In this document: positions 47,216 through 56,244 of the stretch, in pieces | Position numbering within the stretch: position 1 is the first letter of the stretch | How the letters are laid out: each line of letters starts with the position of its first letter | Assembly: GCA_021323995.1 (NCBI GenBank) | Contig: JAJPJY010000066.1 | Coordinates: 10,458-74,457, forward strand | Reading direction: 5' to 3' | DNA length: 64,000 nucleotides | From: a bacterium | Lineage (GTDB): Archaea > Thermoproteota > Bathyarchaeia > 40CM-2-53-6 | The notes under the pieces: generated by a model | What the model saw: only the letters and a program-made list of their open reading frames with translations | The model's database searches: none | Told to the model about the DNA's origin: nothing | Made by a program: the position numbers and the translations under genes

Positions 47216-47986
47216 CTGATCTTCTCTGTAGCTCTCCAAAGCGGAGATACGTCCTCTTCTATCGCCGGTTTTCTCTCGTCCAATCTTCTCGTTCTGATAA
47301 CGGTCATTACAGCCATACTGATCATCACCGTCCCGATCCTGATTGATAGAAGGAGGCACCGAAGGGAGTTGGGCTATCGGATAGTCTCCTATGAGGCGTT
47401 GAGACGAGGAATGTCCGGAGTAGAGGTTACGTTCAATGGCATACCAGTACCTGAACCCCACCTATGCACCTTGAAGATCACGAATAACGGAAGGGTTCCC
47501 ATTCTACCGTCCGATTATACTCGAGTAATCAACGTAAACTTCCTACCATGTTCGCACTCGGCTCACTCACGTGCTCAGCCGAATGTATTGGCATTTGATT
47601 TGGTTGAACAAAGCCCGAAGAACCTTGGTGCGAACGTCAATTTGCTCAACGCGAAACTCTATGTCGAAGCGACTTTGCTCAATCCCTCGAACTCATTTAC
47701 CGTTAGGGTCTTGTTGGATCATGACTTTAATCATGAGAAACTAGACATCGACGCTCGTATCGTAGGGATCGATGAAGTCAAACCCCCTGGAGAGCCGTGG
47801 CCAAACTCTTGGTGGGTTCAAGGTTTCATGCTGATCGGTTCGATGATTTTGTTTGTCGGTGTCCTTGCCTATTACGTGAATGCCCCTAGCTTGAGTCTTC
47901 TTAGCGCAATTGTTCTCTTCTCATCGATAGCGGCCTCGATTACTTACCTGACCGGTACATCAAAGAAACGAGTTCGGAGAGGCTAA
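47216..47986 (+). CDS. Membrane protein (N-terminal TM, soluble beta domain, two C-terminal TMs)
   Basis: Frame is open upstream of TTG 47369, through a TM helix, to CTG 47216. Confidence 0.65.
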   Translation: MIFSVALQSGDTSSSIAGFLSSNLLVLITVITAILIITVPILIDRRRHRRELGYRIVSYEALRRGMSGVEVTFNGIPVPEPHLCTLKITNNGRVPILPSDYTRVINVNFLPCSHSAHSRAQPNVLAFDLVEQSPKNLGANVNLLNAKLYVEATLLNPSNSFTVRVLLDHDFNHEKLDIDARIVGIDEVKPPGEPWPNSWWVQGFMLIGSMILFVGVLAYYVNAPSLSLLSAIVLFSSIAASITYLTGTSKKRVRRG

Positions 47987-48025
47987 GACTCCCTCTCAAC
48001 CGTTTCCCAATTAAGGCACAATCGC

Positions 48026-48043
48026 GTAACACAACACCCGCCC
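48026..48043 (+). repeat. 18-bp exact direct repeat (copy 2)
   Basis: Identical to 32642-32659. Confidence 0.9.
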
Positions 48044-48074
48044 CGAGAGCTATGCCCGTTTTTCCTGAAGACCT

Positions 48075-48299
48075 ATGCCCAAAGAACCACGCGGTCATAT
48101 GGGAAGCGAGCCACAGAAGGAAGTAGACAAGGCGTACATCGAGGAGAGCCTCTACAACAAAGTTCTCCGAGTTCTCCAGAAAGGCGACTGGAACGTACAC
48201 AATCCGGCCGGTCAGTCAGAGCTTGCTCGGGCAATTGCCCGGAAACTGGCCGACTCTATCCTTGACGAAGAGTTCGCGGCCTTGTCCAAGAAATCCTAA
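48075..48299 (+). CDS. Small hypothetical protein
   Basis: ATG start, helical; followed by a hairpin. Confidence 0.6.
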   Translation: MPKEPRGHMGSEPQKEVDKAYIEESLYNKVLRVLQKGDWNVHNPAGQSELARAIARKLADSILDEEFAALSKKS

Positions 48300-48300
48300 A

Positions 48301-48323
48301 CTCGGTGTCTTTTCGGCACCGAG
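48301..48323. terminator. Hairpin CTCGGTGTC-TTTTC-GGCACCGAG
   Basis: 9-bp stem with one G-U, between a stop codon and attR; terminator role inferred. Confidence 0.4.
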
Positions 48324-48327
48324 ACCC

Positions 48328-48352
48328 TTCACCTTTCACCCTTCACATGTAG
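48328..48352 (+). repeat. Putative attR TTCACCTTTCACCCTTCACATGTAG
   Basis: 22/25 identical to 32485-32509. Confidence 0.72.
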
Positions 48353-48363
48353 TTCTGTGATAC

Positions 48364-48445
48364 ACCCCTCTGCTTCCTCTGGAGCCTGTGGAAGTGTGCT
48401 GAAACAAAGGGCTGAAATGCGTGTTTCCAGTGGAAACAGAGGGGT
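48364..48445. promoter_or_regulatory. Inverted pair of ORB elements
   Basis: Minus CTCCAGAGGAAGCAGAGGGGT (48364-48384) and plus GTTTCCAGTGGAAACAGAGGGGT (48423-48445) match the archaeal ORB consensus with G-string. Confidence 0.85.
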
Positions 48446-48488
48446 TCTAGGGCTTGTTCACTGGTAGTGAAGCCGATCTTGCCCTTGT

Positions 48489-51092
48489 CTACGAAGATGG
48501 AGGCTGGCCGCTTCCGCCAGCTGTTTGGGGGGTCTTAGGCAGGTCCGTTTGAGGCGCTATTGCCTGGGGCGGAGCTGAGAGCAATGCCTTCTCTCTTTTT
48601 CTCTGCGCACGCCGACGGAACAACCGGTAAGTCTCGATTACAGGTGTGAGAATGAGCGGGACCAGGAGGAGGTACGAGTAGGGTTGTAGGTCATTGAAAG
48701 TGGTAGTGAATTGAACCCATGGACTGCTGAGTGAGTCGAATTGCGCAGGGTTCGTGTTTATTGTGTAAGTGATCATGGTACCGTTGGGGGCTGTCCACTG
48801 GAAAGCTACTGATGACGGGGACAGTACGTATACTCCGCTGCTACCGGTCGTTACAGTGTAGCTCATAGTGAGACTGTTGCCCGGTGCCAGTATCGGGGAT
48901 TGTGCGGTCTGAGGGCCTGAAGGCGAGACGACTAGGGTCTGCAGGTACTGTGATGTTGCTTGAGGGTCCGTCGCTGCCACGTTTCTTACGGTGACATTGT
49001 CTAGGTTCTGAACAGTCACAAGTACTGCATGTGTTGTGCCGACCGGCCCTGATGTTGGAGTGATCGCCTTCTGGATTACGACATCAGGGGCGAATGGGTA
49101 GTTGAACCTGGCTACGAAATCTTGCTGAGAGCTTGAAGTTACATTGAGGTAGTAAGTTGAGGTGGCGTTGTTGTAGAACGGGTTCGGGAAAAGCGAGCTG
49201 TACAGGATTGTCCCAGGCTGAAAGCTCATGCTGATGATAGATGCGTTTGCTCCCGGGTCCCCGACAATATTGTTCTGGAATCCGAGAAGAGATTTGAGGT
49301 CAAGCTGATGGGTTCCACCCTTGTAATATTGACGCGGATACTGAATGTGCAGATAGAAACTGAGACCGGTTATTTGTATCCCGTTAATGTTGAGAGGTAC
49401 GAGGCCCAAGGCGGCAAAGTAGCTCATGTTCTGAATGTCTGCAGTGTTGATGAGGCTAGAGAAGCTCTGGCCTGGGAGTAGACTAAGCAGTCTTGTCAGA
49501 GCGTCATCGTTTGAGAGTTCTGGGTTCGGCGCGTAGATAGTTGCAGTTCCTCCCTGTCCCATCGGGAGAGAGAATATTGTAGTGAAGGGGAGGCCGAGTG
49601 CCTGGGAAAACTGAGCCTCAATGGCGCTCGACTGAGAGCTCGGGGAAATTGTGCTCCCGTTGAAGAATGTGACGAGAGCTGGTTGGGAGATAATCTGCAA
49701 AAACTGGCCTGGCCCCTGGCCTTGTCCCTGTTGTCCGTTTCCAAAAGGCTGCGAGTCGTTGTTGTTGATGATGAACGCGGCTACATTCGCACCAGCATAG
49801 TTGTTGTCGATGACCAGGCCTTGGCTTGAGAGATCGAGATTCGTCATCTCAAGAGACGCGTTCGGAGCGCCGAGCATGTTGAGGCCGATGGCGAGCTGTT
49901 GTTCGTACTTTCCCGACGGAGGGGCTTGAAAGATCAGATGCGATGTTGACGCTGATGGAATTGCAAAGAGAGGGAGAAGCATCAGTAGGACCACCGCGGT
50001 TTTCAGAGTGGGTTGGTTGAGAATCTTATGATCAGTTGTCATCGCTGGTTTTCTCCGGAGGGCTAGGAAGACATACTTGGCGGCATCAACGCCGCCTTGC
50101 CAAGCAAGGCAGGCTGCACGCCCCGAGATTGTGACTATTGCAAAGACCAGTCCAGCGTTCCGGGCCAGTGTCAGCGCGACATTCTCAAGAAAGGCCGGGC
50201 TTGTAGGTGAGGAGGCTTGAAGAAAGAGTGGAAGAAGGTCACTCGCAACTGGTCCCGTAGCCGCACTGATGAGCGAAAAACCTGCTGGAGGTAGAGGAAT
50301 TCCCGGTAAGCCGCCGGACGAGACTTTTTGGAAGATGGTTAGCGCGGCGAGCCCCATTGCTCCAAGTGCTGAGAGGAAGACTGCCAATCCTACCATGAAT
50401 CCTCGTCCAACTTTTCCTCCCGCGATGATTCCCCCCAGAAGCCCTACCGTGACCCACAACGAGAAGATTGGCGGATAGGTCAGAGGGTTGGTGAAGATCA
50501 AGTAGACCGCCACGATCAGAGTAGTGAAATGGACCCCGAGGACCGGTGAGAGCCAGTCGCTGACACTTCTCAACCCTATCGGCAATTGGGTGTAGCCGAT
50601 GTAGAGGACGAGAAGGTATGCTAATCCCCATCCGATGTAGCGGCCTAGAAAGAGTCCTTCGCTAGGATGCGGTAAAAGATAGATCGTTCGCGGATCATCG
50701 GGTCTCCGCCTGACCAGTATGGTTCCTACTTTCATGTAGAGAAGAATGTAGAGAACACCGGGCATCACTCCGGCTAGAACGAAGCCAAGGATGGCTGCTG
50801 AGAGACTAGAGCCTCGCGCCTTCTCATACTGTCTTGACGCGATCTCTTCTCTAATCCGAGATCCTTTGCCGGCGACTATAATGCACCCGATGGTCAAAAC
50901 AAGGAGTGCGATTGGGAATGGCTGATACGCTAAGAGCCCGGGGACCCAAGTTGGCAGCGTTGCGATGATTACCGTGCTGAATAGGATTCCGAGAGCCCGA
51001 GTGAACGAGCTACATATGAGTGCAACAGTGGCGGCTCTTCGGATCTCCTTGGGCGCATCTTTCAATGCTTGATATGGTACGTACTGAGCCAC
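48489..51092 (-). CDS. Large membrane protein with extracellular domain ending in an Ig-like module and C-terminal TM
   Basis: Multiple N-terminal TMs; VVIQKAI...VTVQN Ig-like motif; TM plus basic tail. Confidence 0.75.
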   Translation of the reverse strand: MAQYVPYQALKDAPKEIRRAATVALICSSFTRALGILFSTVIIATLPTWVPGLLAYQPFPIALLVLTIGCIIVAGKGSRIREEIASRQYEKARGSSLSAAILGFVLAGVMPGVLYILLYMKVGTILVRRRPDDPRTIYLLPHPSEGLFLGRYIGWGLAYLLVLYIGYTQLPIGLRSVSDWLSPVLGVHFTTLIVAVYLIFTNPLTYPPIFSLWVTVGLLGGIIAGGKVGRGFMVGLAVFLSALGAMGLAALTIFQKVSSGGLPGIPLPPAGFSLISAATGPVASDLLPLFLQASSPTSPAFLENVALTLARNAGLVFAIVTISGRAACLAWQGGVDAAKYVFLALRRKPAMTTDHKILNQPTLKTAVVLLMLLPLFAIPSASTSHLIFQAPPSGKYEQQLAIGLNMLGAPNASLEMTNLDLSSQGLVIDNNYAGANVAAFIINNNDSQPFGNGQQGQGQGPGQFLQIISQPALVTFFNGSTISPSSQSSAIEAQFSQALGLPFTTIFSLPMGQGGTATIYAPNPELSNDDALTRLLSLLPGQSFSSLINTADIQNMSYFAALGLVPLNINGIQITGLSFYLHIQYPRQYYKGGTHQLDLKSLLGFQNNIVGDPGANASIISMSFQPGTILYSSLFPNPFYNNATSTYYLNVTSSSQQDFVARFNYPFAPDVVIQKAITPTSGPVGTTHAVLVTVQNLDNVTVRNVAATDPQATSQYLQTLVVSPSGPQTAQSPILAPGNSLTMSYTVTTGSSGVYVLSPSSVAFQWTAPNGTMITYTINTNPAQFDSLSSPWVQFTTTFNDLQPYSYLLLVPLILTPVIETYRLFRRRAQRKREKALLSAPPQAIAPQTDLPKTPQTAGGSGQPPSS

Positions 51093-51229
51093 GCCACGCT
51101 CCTCTCGGAAATTGCTCTTTCCGAAGAGGCGAACAAAGGGATTCTGATACCCAAGTTGCTTGATCAGTTGTTCGCGATAGGCAAGTCAAAATACGAGTAA
51201 GATGGCGGTGTTCGCTTAAGGTAGGACTA

Positions 51230-51889
51230 GTGTCATCCCAGTTCAGTCCTGGCGAATTAAGCTCGATCATAGTTGCCTGGATAGTTCTATCGTTCGGGCT
51301 CACCTACACGAATTTCATAGGACTGATCAACGGAACCGGAGGAAGTCTAGACATCGTTGTTGCCGGTTTCATCGCTACCGCCACAGGTTTCATCATTCAC
51401 GAGATGGGTCACAAATTCGTCGCCATCAAACATGGATATGTGGCTCATTTTCGTCTCTGGACGTGGGGACTATTGCTAACCATATTCACCGTTGTTGCAA
51501 CGGGCGGGAGTTTTCTCTTCGGTGCTCCCGGAGCCGTTTACATCGCCCCCGCTGCTACACTTGGATATGGCTACGGATACAGCTGGTCTAACAGAGCCAC
51601 TGACGAGGAACATGAGAACATGGTCATCTCGGCCGCCGGACCCGGGATCAACCTCGCGTTTGCCCTTGGTTTTCTCGCAACCCTGCTGGCCTTACCTTCT
51701 TCGTCGGGACTGTTGTACGACATCGCCGTCTTCGGATTCTCACTTAATGTTGGACTGGGGTCGTTCAACATGTTGCCTGTCCCACCACTCGACGGATCTA
51801 AGATTTTCAGAAAGAGCATTCCAATCGCACTTGCAATAGCTCTTCCCCTCTGGGGACTATTCCTTACTCTCGTAACCGGAATACTCTGA
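51230..51889 (+). CDS. Site-2 protease family (M50) metalloprotease
   Basis: HEMGH, AAGPGIN, FNMLPVPPLDGSK. Confidence 0.92.
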   Translation: MSSQFSPGELSSIIVAWIVLSFGLTYTNFIGLINGTGGSLDIVVAGFIATATGFIIHEMGHKFVAIKHGYVAHFRLWTWGLLLTIFTVVATGGSFLFGAPGAVYIAPAATLGYGYGYSWSNRATDEEHENMVISAAGPGINLAFALGFLATLLALPSSSGLLYDIAVFGFSLNVGLGSFNMLPVPPLDGSKIFRKSIPIALAIALPLWGLFLTLVTGIL

Positions 51890-51940
51890 AACCATATGTC
51901 TCCAGAACAAGCCTAGAACAATCGAAAGAAGGCTGACCAT

Positions 51941-52912
51941 TTGTGGACAGAAGAAGCAGGACTCGGGCTTCTCTTCATCTTAGCTTTTGCAAATGGTGCT
52001 AACGATGTGGGAAAAAGCGTTGCATCTCTACTACATATTGGACCCTCCGGTTTGGCTGGACGCAAACCACTTCTCTGGGGAGGACTGTTCAGCGGCATAG
52101 GAAGCATCGCAGCGATCATAGTCTCTACTAGACTCCTCTCAACCTTTACACCCGCGAAGATTGTAAACGTCCCGATCCAATCGTCGTTTGTCCTAGCAGT
52201 TCTTGCCGCAACCACTCTATGGGTACTAGTTGCCACTCTCGGTCGATTACCAGTCTCCACTACTCATGCAATCTTGGGAGCAATCATGATACAAGGAATC
52301 TTCCTGTTCGGAGCGTCAAGTCTAGCCTGGGACTTTGTCACCATACACGTCCTTCTCCCTCTAGCCGCAGGTCCACTAGCGGCATTGGTTGGAATCTATC
52401 TCTTTGAGCGTCTCATACCACATCCTCAAGTGGCAAAGCAAGAAAGCCCGAGGTGGGCTGGGTTGTCGCACTGGGGCTCTGCGGCTGCCACCGCGCTTGC
52501 AAGAGGGGTCAATGACGCGCCTAAGATGGCGGCATTGGGAGCTTTCTTCTTAGCCGCAAACTCGGTTGAGGGAACATGGGTCCCATATTCCACTGTCGCA
52601 GTAGCAGTTGTTGTTGGCTCAATGGTCCTAGGACATCGTGTTGCCATAACCCTCATGGGACGGGCCGTTCCTCTCGACCATGGTCAGAGGTTCAGGGCCG
52701 GAATTGCAACGGCGGCTCTGGTGTCCGCTGGAGCCTATTTCGGAGCACCTCTATCAACTACTCACATGCACGCAGGGGCTACTGCCGGAGCTAGTGGTCT
52801 CAAACAATCGATCCGATCAGCTTTACGTGGTATGATATTGCCCTGGCTTGTGACGCTACCCATAGCAGGATTGCTTGCTGTCCTGATTGCTTTTCTAGGA
52901 GCAAGACTCTGA
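51941..52912 (+). CDS. PiT-family inorganic phosphate transporter
   Basis: NGANDV, PVSTTHAI, GVNDAPK, PLSTTH. Confidence 0.9.
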   Translation: MWTEEAGLGLLFILAFANGANDVGKSVASLLHIGPSGLAGRKPLLWGGLFSGIGSIAAIIVSTRLLSTFTPAKIVNVPIQSSFVLAVLAATTLWVLVATLGRLPVSTTHAILGAIMIQGIFLFGASSLAWDFVTIHVLLPLAAGPLAALVGIYLFERLIPHPQVAKQESPRWAGLSHWGSAAATALARGVNDAPKMAALGAFFLAANSVEGTWVPYSTVAVAVVVGSMVLGHRVAITLMGRAVPLDHGQRFRAGIATAALVSAGAYFGAPLSTTHMHAGATAGASGLKQSIRSALRGMILPWLVTLPIAGLLAVLIAFLGARL

Positions 52913-52983
52913 TTTTTACCCAGAATGGTCTAATCGATCCAACGAGCGACCTTCGAGTCCGTTCCCAAGACATGGGAAGCTGG

Positions 52984-53892
52984 TTAATGCGGTCGCTGCG
53001 ATGGTGCAGATGCTCTTCGCCTTATCATGAAATAGAGAATTGTCGAGCCTCCTGCGACGAAAGAATAGAGCCCGACCCATACGCCTGTGACAAGCGTACT
53101 TGGGCTCTCAGTGGCTATAGTGTTCCAGCCAAGAGCGACGGCGAGCAGTGCAAGCGACGGAAAGGTCGCGTCGAGAGGTAGTAGCACGATTATTCTGAAA
53201 GGGTCTCGTTGGAAAAATGCCCATCCTGTGGCCAAGCATGTCGCGAGAAATAGGGCGCCAAATGTCTGTAGTGTCGGAGTTGCAACTTTCCACGGCCAGA
53301 ACTGTTCCTGAGCTACGGAGGGCAGTAGTAGCATCATAGCGCCAAAGATCCCTACCACGCTCGTCTGGACGCCGAAGAAGACCCTACTTGGAGTCAGGAC
53401 ACTTGTTCTACCGGGATCCATCGATTGTTTTCGATGCCATCTATGTCTCATTATCAGGATGAAACAGCCGGCTCCAGCCGCTAGGAAATAGACTGTCCAT
53501 ATCCAGATTATTTCAGTACCGCCTACCGTTAGTCCTCTAGCAAGTGAGATTATTCCGGTAAGGCCGAGGAAAGTGCCTCCGACGAGTACGAGAATTTTTG
53601 CTCTCTGCCAAAGTTTCGCTTGTATGGCTGACCAGCAACCGAGCGATATTGCGAGGAATATTGCGCCGATAAATCTCACTGCCAACTCCTTTACTGGCCA
53701 AGGCCAATACGGGATTACGCTCGCGGGAGCAATGTAGAACATTAGGCCAAGTCCAAGGTTGATCATTGAAAGTAAGAGCAGAAAGGCCCGAGGCGACTGT
53801 TTGAGAGTGACCTGAGCTAAACTGGATAAACTCAAGCTACGTCTCTGGGTCCATTCATCGTTGTTGCATTCTCGGAATTCCTCATCCGGCAA
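52984..53892 (-). CDS. Integral membrane protein with internal duplication
   Basis: Two halves containing YWPWP...RFIGAIFLA and FWPWK...QTFGALFLA. Confidence 0.75.
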   Translation of the reverse strand: MPDEEFRECNNDEWTQRRSLSLSSLAQVTLKQSPRAFLLLLSMINLGLGLMFYIAPASVIPYWPWPVKELAVRFIGAIFLAISLGCWSAIQAKLWQRAKILVLVGGTFLGLTGIISLARGLTVGGTEIIWIWTVYFLAAGAGCFILIMRHRWHRKQSMDPGRTSVLTPSRVFFGVQTSVVGIFGAMMLLLPSVAQEQFWPWKVATPTLQTFGALFLATCLATGWAFFQRDPFRIIVLLPLDATFPSLALLAVALGWNTIATESPSTLVTGVWVGLYSFVAGGSTILYFMIRRRASAPSQRPH

Positions 53893-54022
53893 CTTGAGCG
53901 CTATAGGAACCTTGTTAATTGCAGATATGTCCGGAGCCGCCTAATGATACTATGCCGGTAGTAGCTCTTATTAAGAGCGACTCTCGCGGTGCCCTGATCG
54001 CGGTCGAGCGTCTTCGGAAACA

Positions 54023-55009
54023 TTGGATGGTGGCCTCTTGATCCCGGACAAGACGATTGACGAGATCAGATTGCTATCATCAATCGCCAAATCTAACGGG
54101 TCCCTGTTATCGCTACAAGACATAGCCACACTCACAGATGTCAATCTTACAGAGGAGCAGCTTGAGGCCGGCTGGCCAACAATTCCTGGTCTAGCAGAAA
54201 CTTACGATCTGAAGCATGGATTCATGATTGAGCGAGAACATGCCAATAGTAGTAGCCATCCGACCATCCTCCAGAGGGAAATAGAGAAACGAGAGAGGGG
54301 AGAGAAGTATGCCAACTTCGCGAGGAAACTCGCTTCGTACTGTATCGGCCGAGAGACCAAGCTGATCGCCGTCAGCGGATCAACTTCCTACCACGCTGTG
54401 TCGGAGACGGACGACCTAGACCTTTTTTGCGTAACAAAACCTGAATCTCTCTGGATGTTTCTAACCAAGTCTCTGCTGTTTTCACGGGCTTTTCGACTCG
54501 CAGGAAGGGACAGGCCGAGAATATGTTTCAGCTATGCGGTCGACCAAAGCTTCGCGGAGAATGAGTTCACATCCCCAAATGATCCACTCTTCGCCAGGGA
54601 CGCTCTTGCCGCAATAGTGATTCACGGAGTAGGGTCCTACAAAGGCCTCTTGAAGAGAAGCTCTTGGATCGCAAGCTATTTTCCTCGACTCTATCAGCAG
54701 CGAACTGAGTCAGCTGATGCGGGAGATGTCTTGGAACCGCGCTCAAAGCCATCTCCGGGCCAGAAATTCCTGAACCTTCTGCTCTGTTTCCTGGTCGGCA
54801 ACTACATAACAACCAAGTCCACAATGTTGAATCGCAAATTCAGAAAACAGAGCAAATCATCCTCTTTCTTCACAGTAAGGATCGGCTCCGACCATTGCAT
54901 CTTCGAATCTGTTCGCTACTCACATCTCAAAACCATGTACAACAAACTCGATGGAAAGCCATCAGCGAAAGACGATAGCATCTCGGTTTCAGGAGCATAT
55001 GGTCACTAG
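54023..55009 (+). CDS. Nucleotidyltransferase-fold protein
   Basis: IAVSGSTSY.....DDLDLF (GS + DxD). Confidence 0.65.
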   Translation: MDGGLLIPDKTIDEIRLLSSIAKSNGSLLSLQDIATLTDVNLTEEQLEAGWPTIPGLAETYDLKHGFMIEREHANSSSHPTILQREIEKRERGEKYANFARKLASYCIGRETKLIAVSGSTSYHAVSETDDLDLFCVTKPESLWMFLTKSLLFSRAFRLAGRDRPRICFSYAVDQSFAENEFTSPNDPLFARDALAAIVIHGVGSYKGLLKRSSWIASYFPRLYQQRTESADAGDVLEPRSKPSPGQKFLNLLLCFLVGNYITTKSTMLNRKFRKQSKSSSFFTVRIGSDHCIFESVRYSHLKTMYNKLDGKPSAKDDSISVSGAYGH

Positions 55010-56244
55010 TGCTACAGCCTCGAACACTTGCAGTGACCAACTCTCAACAGACGCTCAAACTCATTACAAGCGGTCGGCTCACCGGTCTGCCTCACATAGT
55101 GGAGCTCCGTTACACCTTCATTGACGGGAGGTTCTATGCTGTTGCGGGCAATGCCAGAAGCGATTGGGCGCTCAACATTCTGAAGTCAGGCACCGGTAAG
55201 ATAAGCATCGGAGAAATCGTCTACCTGGTCACGGCTACCTCCGAGACGGGCGTTGAGAAGGAAAAGGTGTTGGAGAGCTTTCGGAGAAAATACGGACCCG
55301 CTATTGTGAATCAATGGTACCGAAACGCGCAGATGTGCATTCGGCTCGAGCCACTTGGACTACCAAGTAAAAGAGGAGCTATCAAGGGTGAGTTACAAGC
55401 TTCCACTAATTTCTCCGAATGGAGACGCAAGGGGATCGACTACTACCAGTATGTTGCAGAGGCATTCGATTCCGCTTCAGAAGAATATGACTACACAATC
55501 AGCCACAACTACATCAATTCATGGATACGAAGGCGTTCCATCAGTGAACTCATCAGTCTAACCAGACCGAGCGATGTGCTTCTGGAAATCGGTTGCGGCA
55601 CAGGCACGGAAGCAATCCAGATCTCCAAGCGGGTTGCTAGAATAGTAGCGACGGACATCTCAGAAAAGATGCTTCACGTCCTTGAGCGAAAAGTGTTCGC
55701 CAAGAAATACGGCAAGAAGATCACCGGTATTAGAGCCAGAGCCGCGGAGATATCTGCCGTTCAACCCTTTCTGCCCAACGGTAAGGTAAGGATCGCCTAT
55801 TCCTTCAACGGCGCGCTGAACTGCGAACCGGAACTCTACAAGGTCCCAGAGCAGCTCGCACAGGTCATCGACGACAAAGGCTACTTTGTCTGCTCAATAC
55901 GCAACACACTCTGCCTCCCGGAGACCATGTCCCACTCACTTGCGCTACAATTCGACAAGCTGGCGGTTCGTAGGACCCAGCCGACGATGGTCTCGGTCGG
56001 AGGAATGGACATTCCCTCATACTACTATTCGCCTGCAGCTTTCACGAGGTTCTTCCAGTCATATTTTCATGTGCGGCGGATTATCGGGCTTCCGGCTTTT
56101 CTGCCTCCAGCATATCTCAACAAGTATTATCTCAGGACCGGAGTCTTCAGACCATTTCTAGAGAAGGTAGAACTCGCTGTCGGAGGCTGGTTCCCGTTCA
56201 ACAGACTTGGCGACCAGACACTCTTCATGTTTCAGAAAGCTTGA
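55009..56244 (+). CDS. Deazaflavin-dependent oxidoreductase-like domain fused to a class I methyltransferase
   Basis: TSGRLTGLPH...SDWALN (F420-binding split-barrel pattern); LLEIGCGTG, TDISEKML. Confidence 0.75.
   Translation: MLQPRTLAVTNSQQTLKLITSGRLTGLPHIVELRYTFIDGRFYAVAGNARSDWALNILKSGTGKISIGEIVYLVTATSETGVEKEKVLESFRRKYGPAIVNQWYRNAQMCIRLEPLGLPSKRGAIKGELQASTNFSEWRRKGIDYYQYVAEAFDSASEEYDYTISHNYINSWIRRRSISELISLTRPSDVLLEIGCGTGTEAIQISKRVARIVATDISEKMLHVLERKVFAKKYGKKITGIRARAAEISAVQPFLPNGKVRIAYSFNGALNCEPELYKVPEQLAQVIDDKGYFVCSIRNTLCLPETMSHSLALQFDKLAVRRTQPTMVSVGGMDIPSYYYSPAAFTRFFQSYFHVRRIIGLPAFLPPAYLNKYYLRTGVFRPFLEKVELAVGGWFPFNRLGDQTLFMFQKA

Larger units (their letters stand above)
32485..48352. mobile_element. 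Integrated virus-like element (~15.9 kb; provirus remnant or satellite)
   Basis: Tyrosine integrase at the left end, terminal direct repeat, prohead protease, and one long leftward operon of short overlapping ORFans. Confidence 0.88.
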
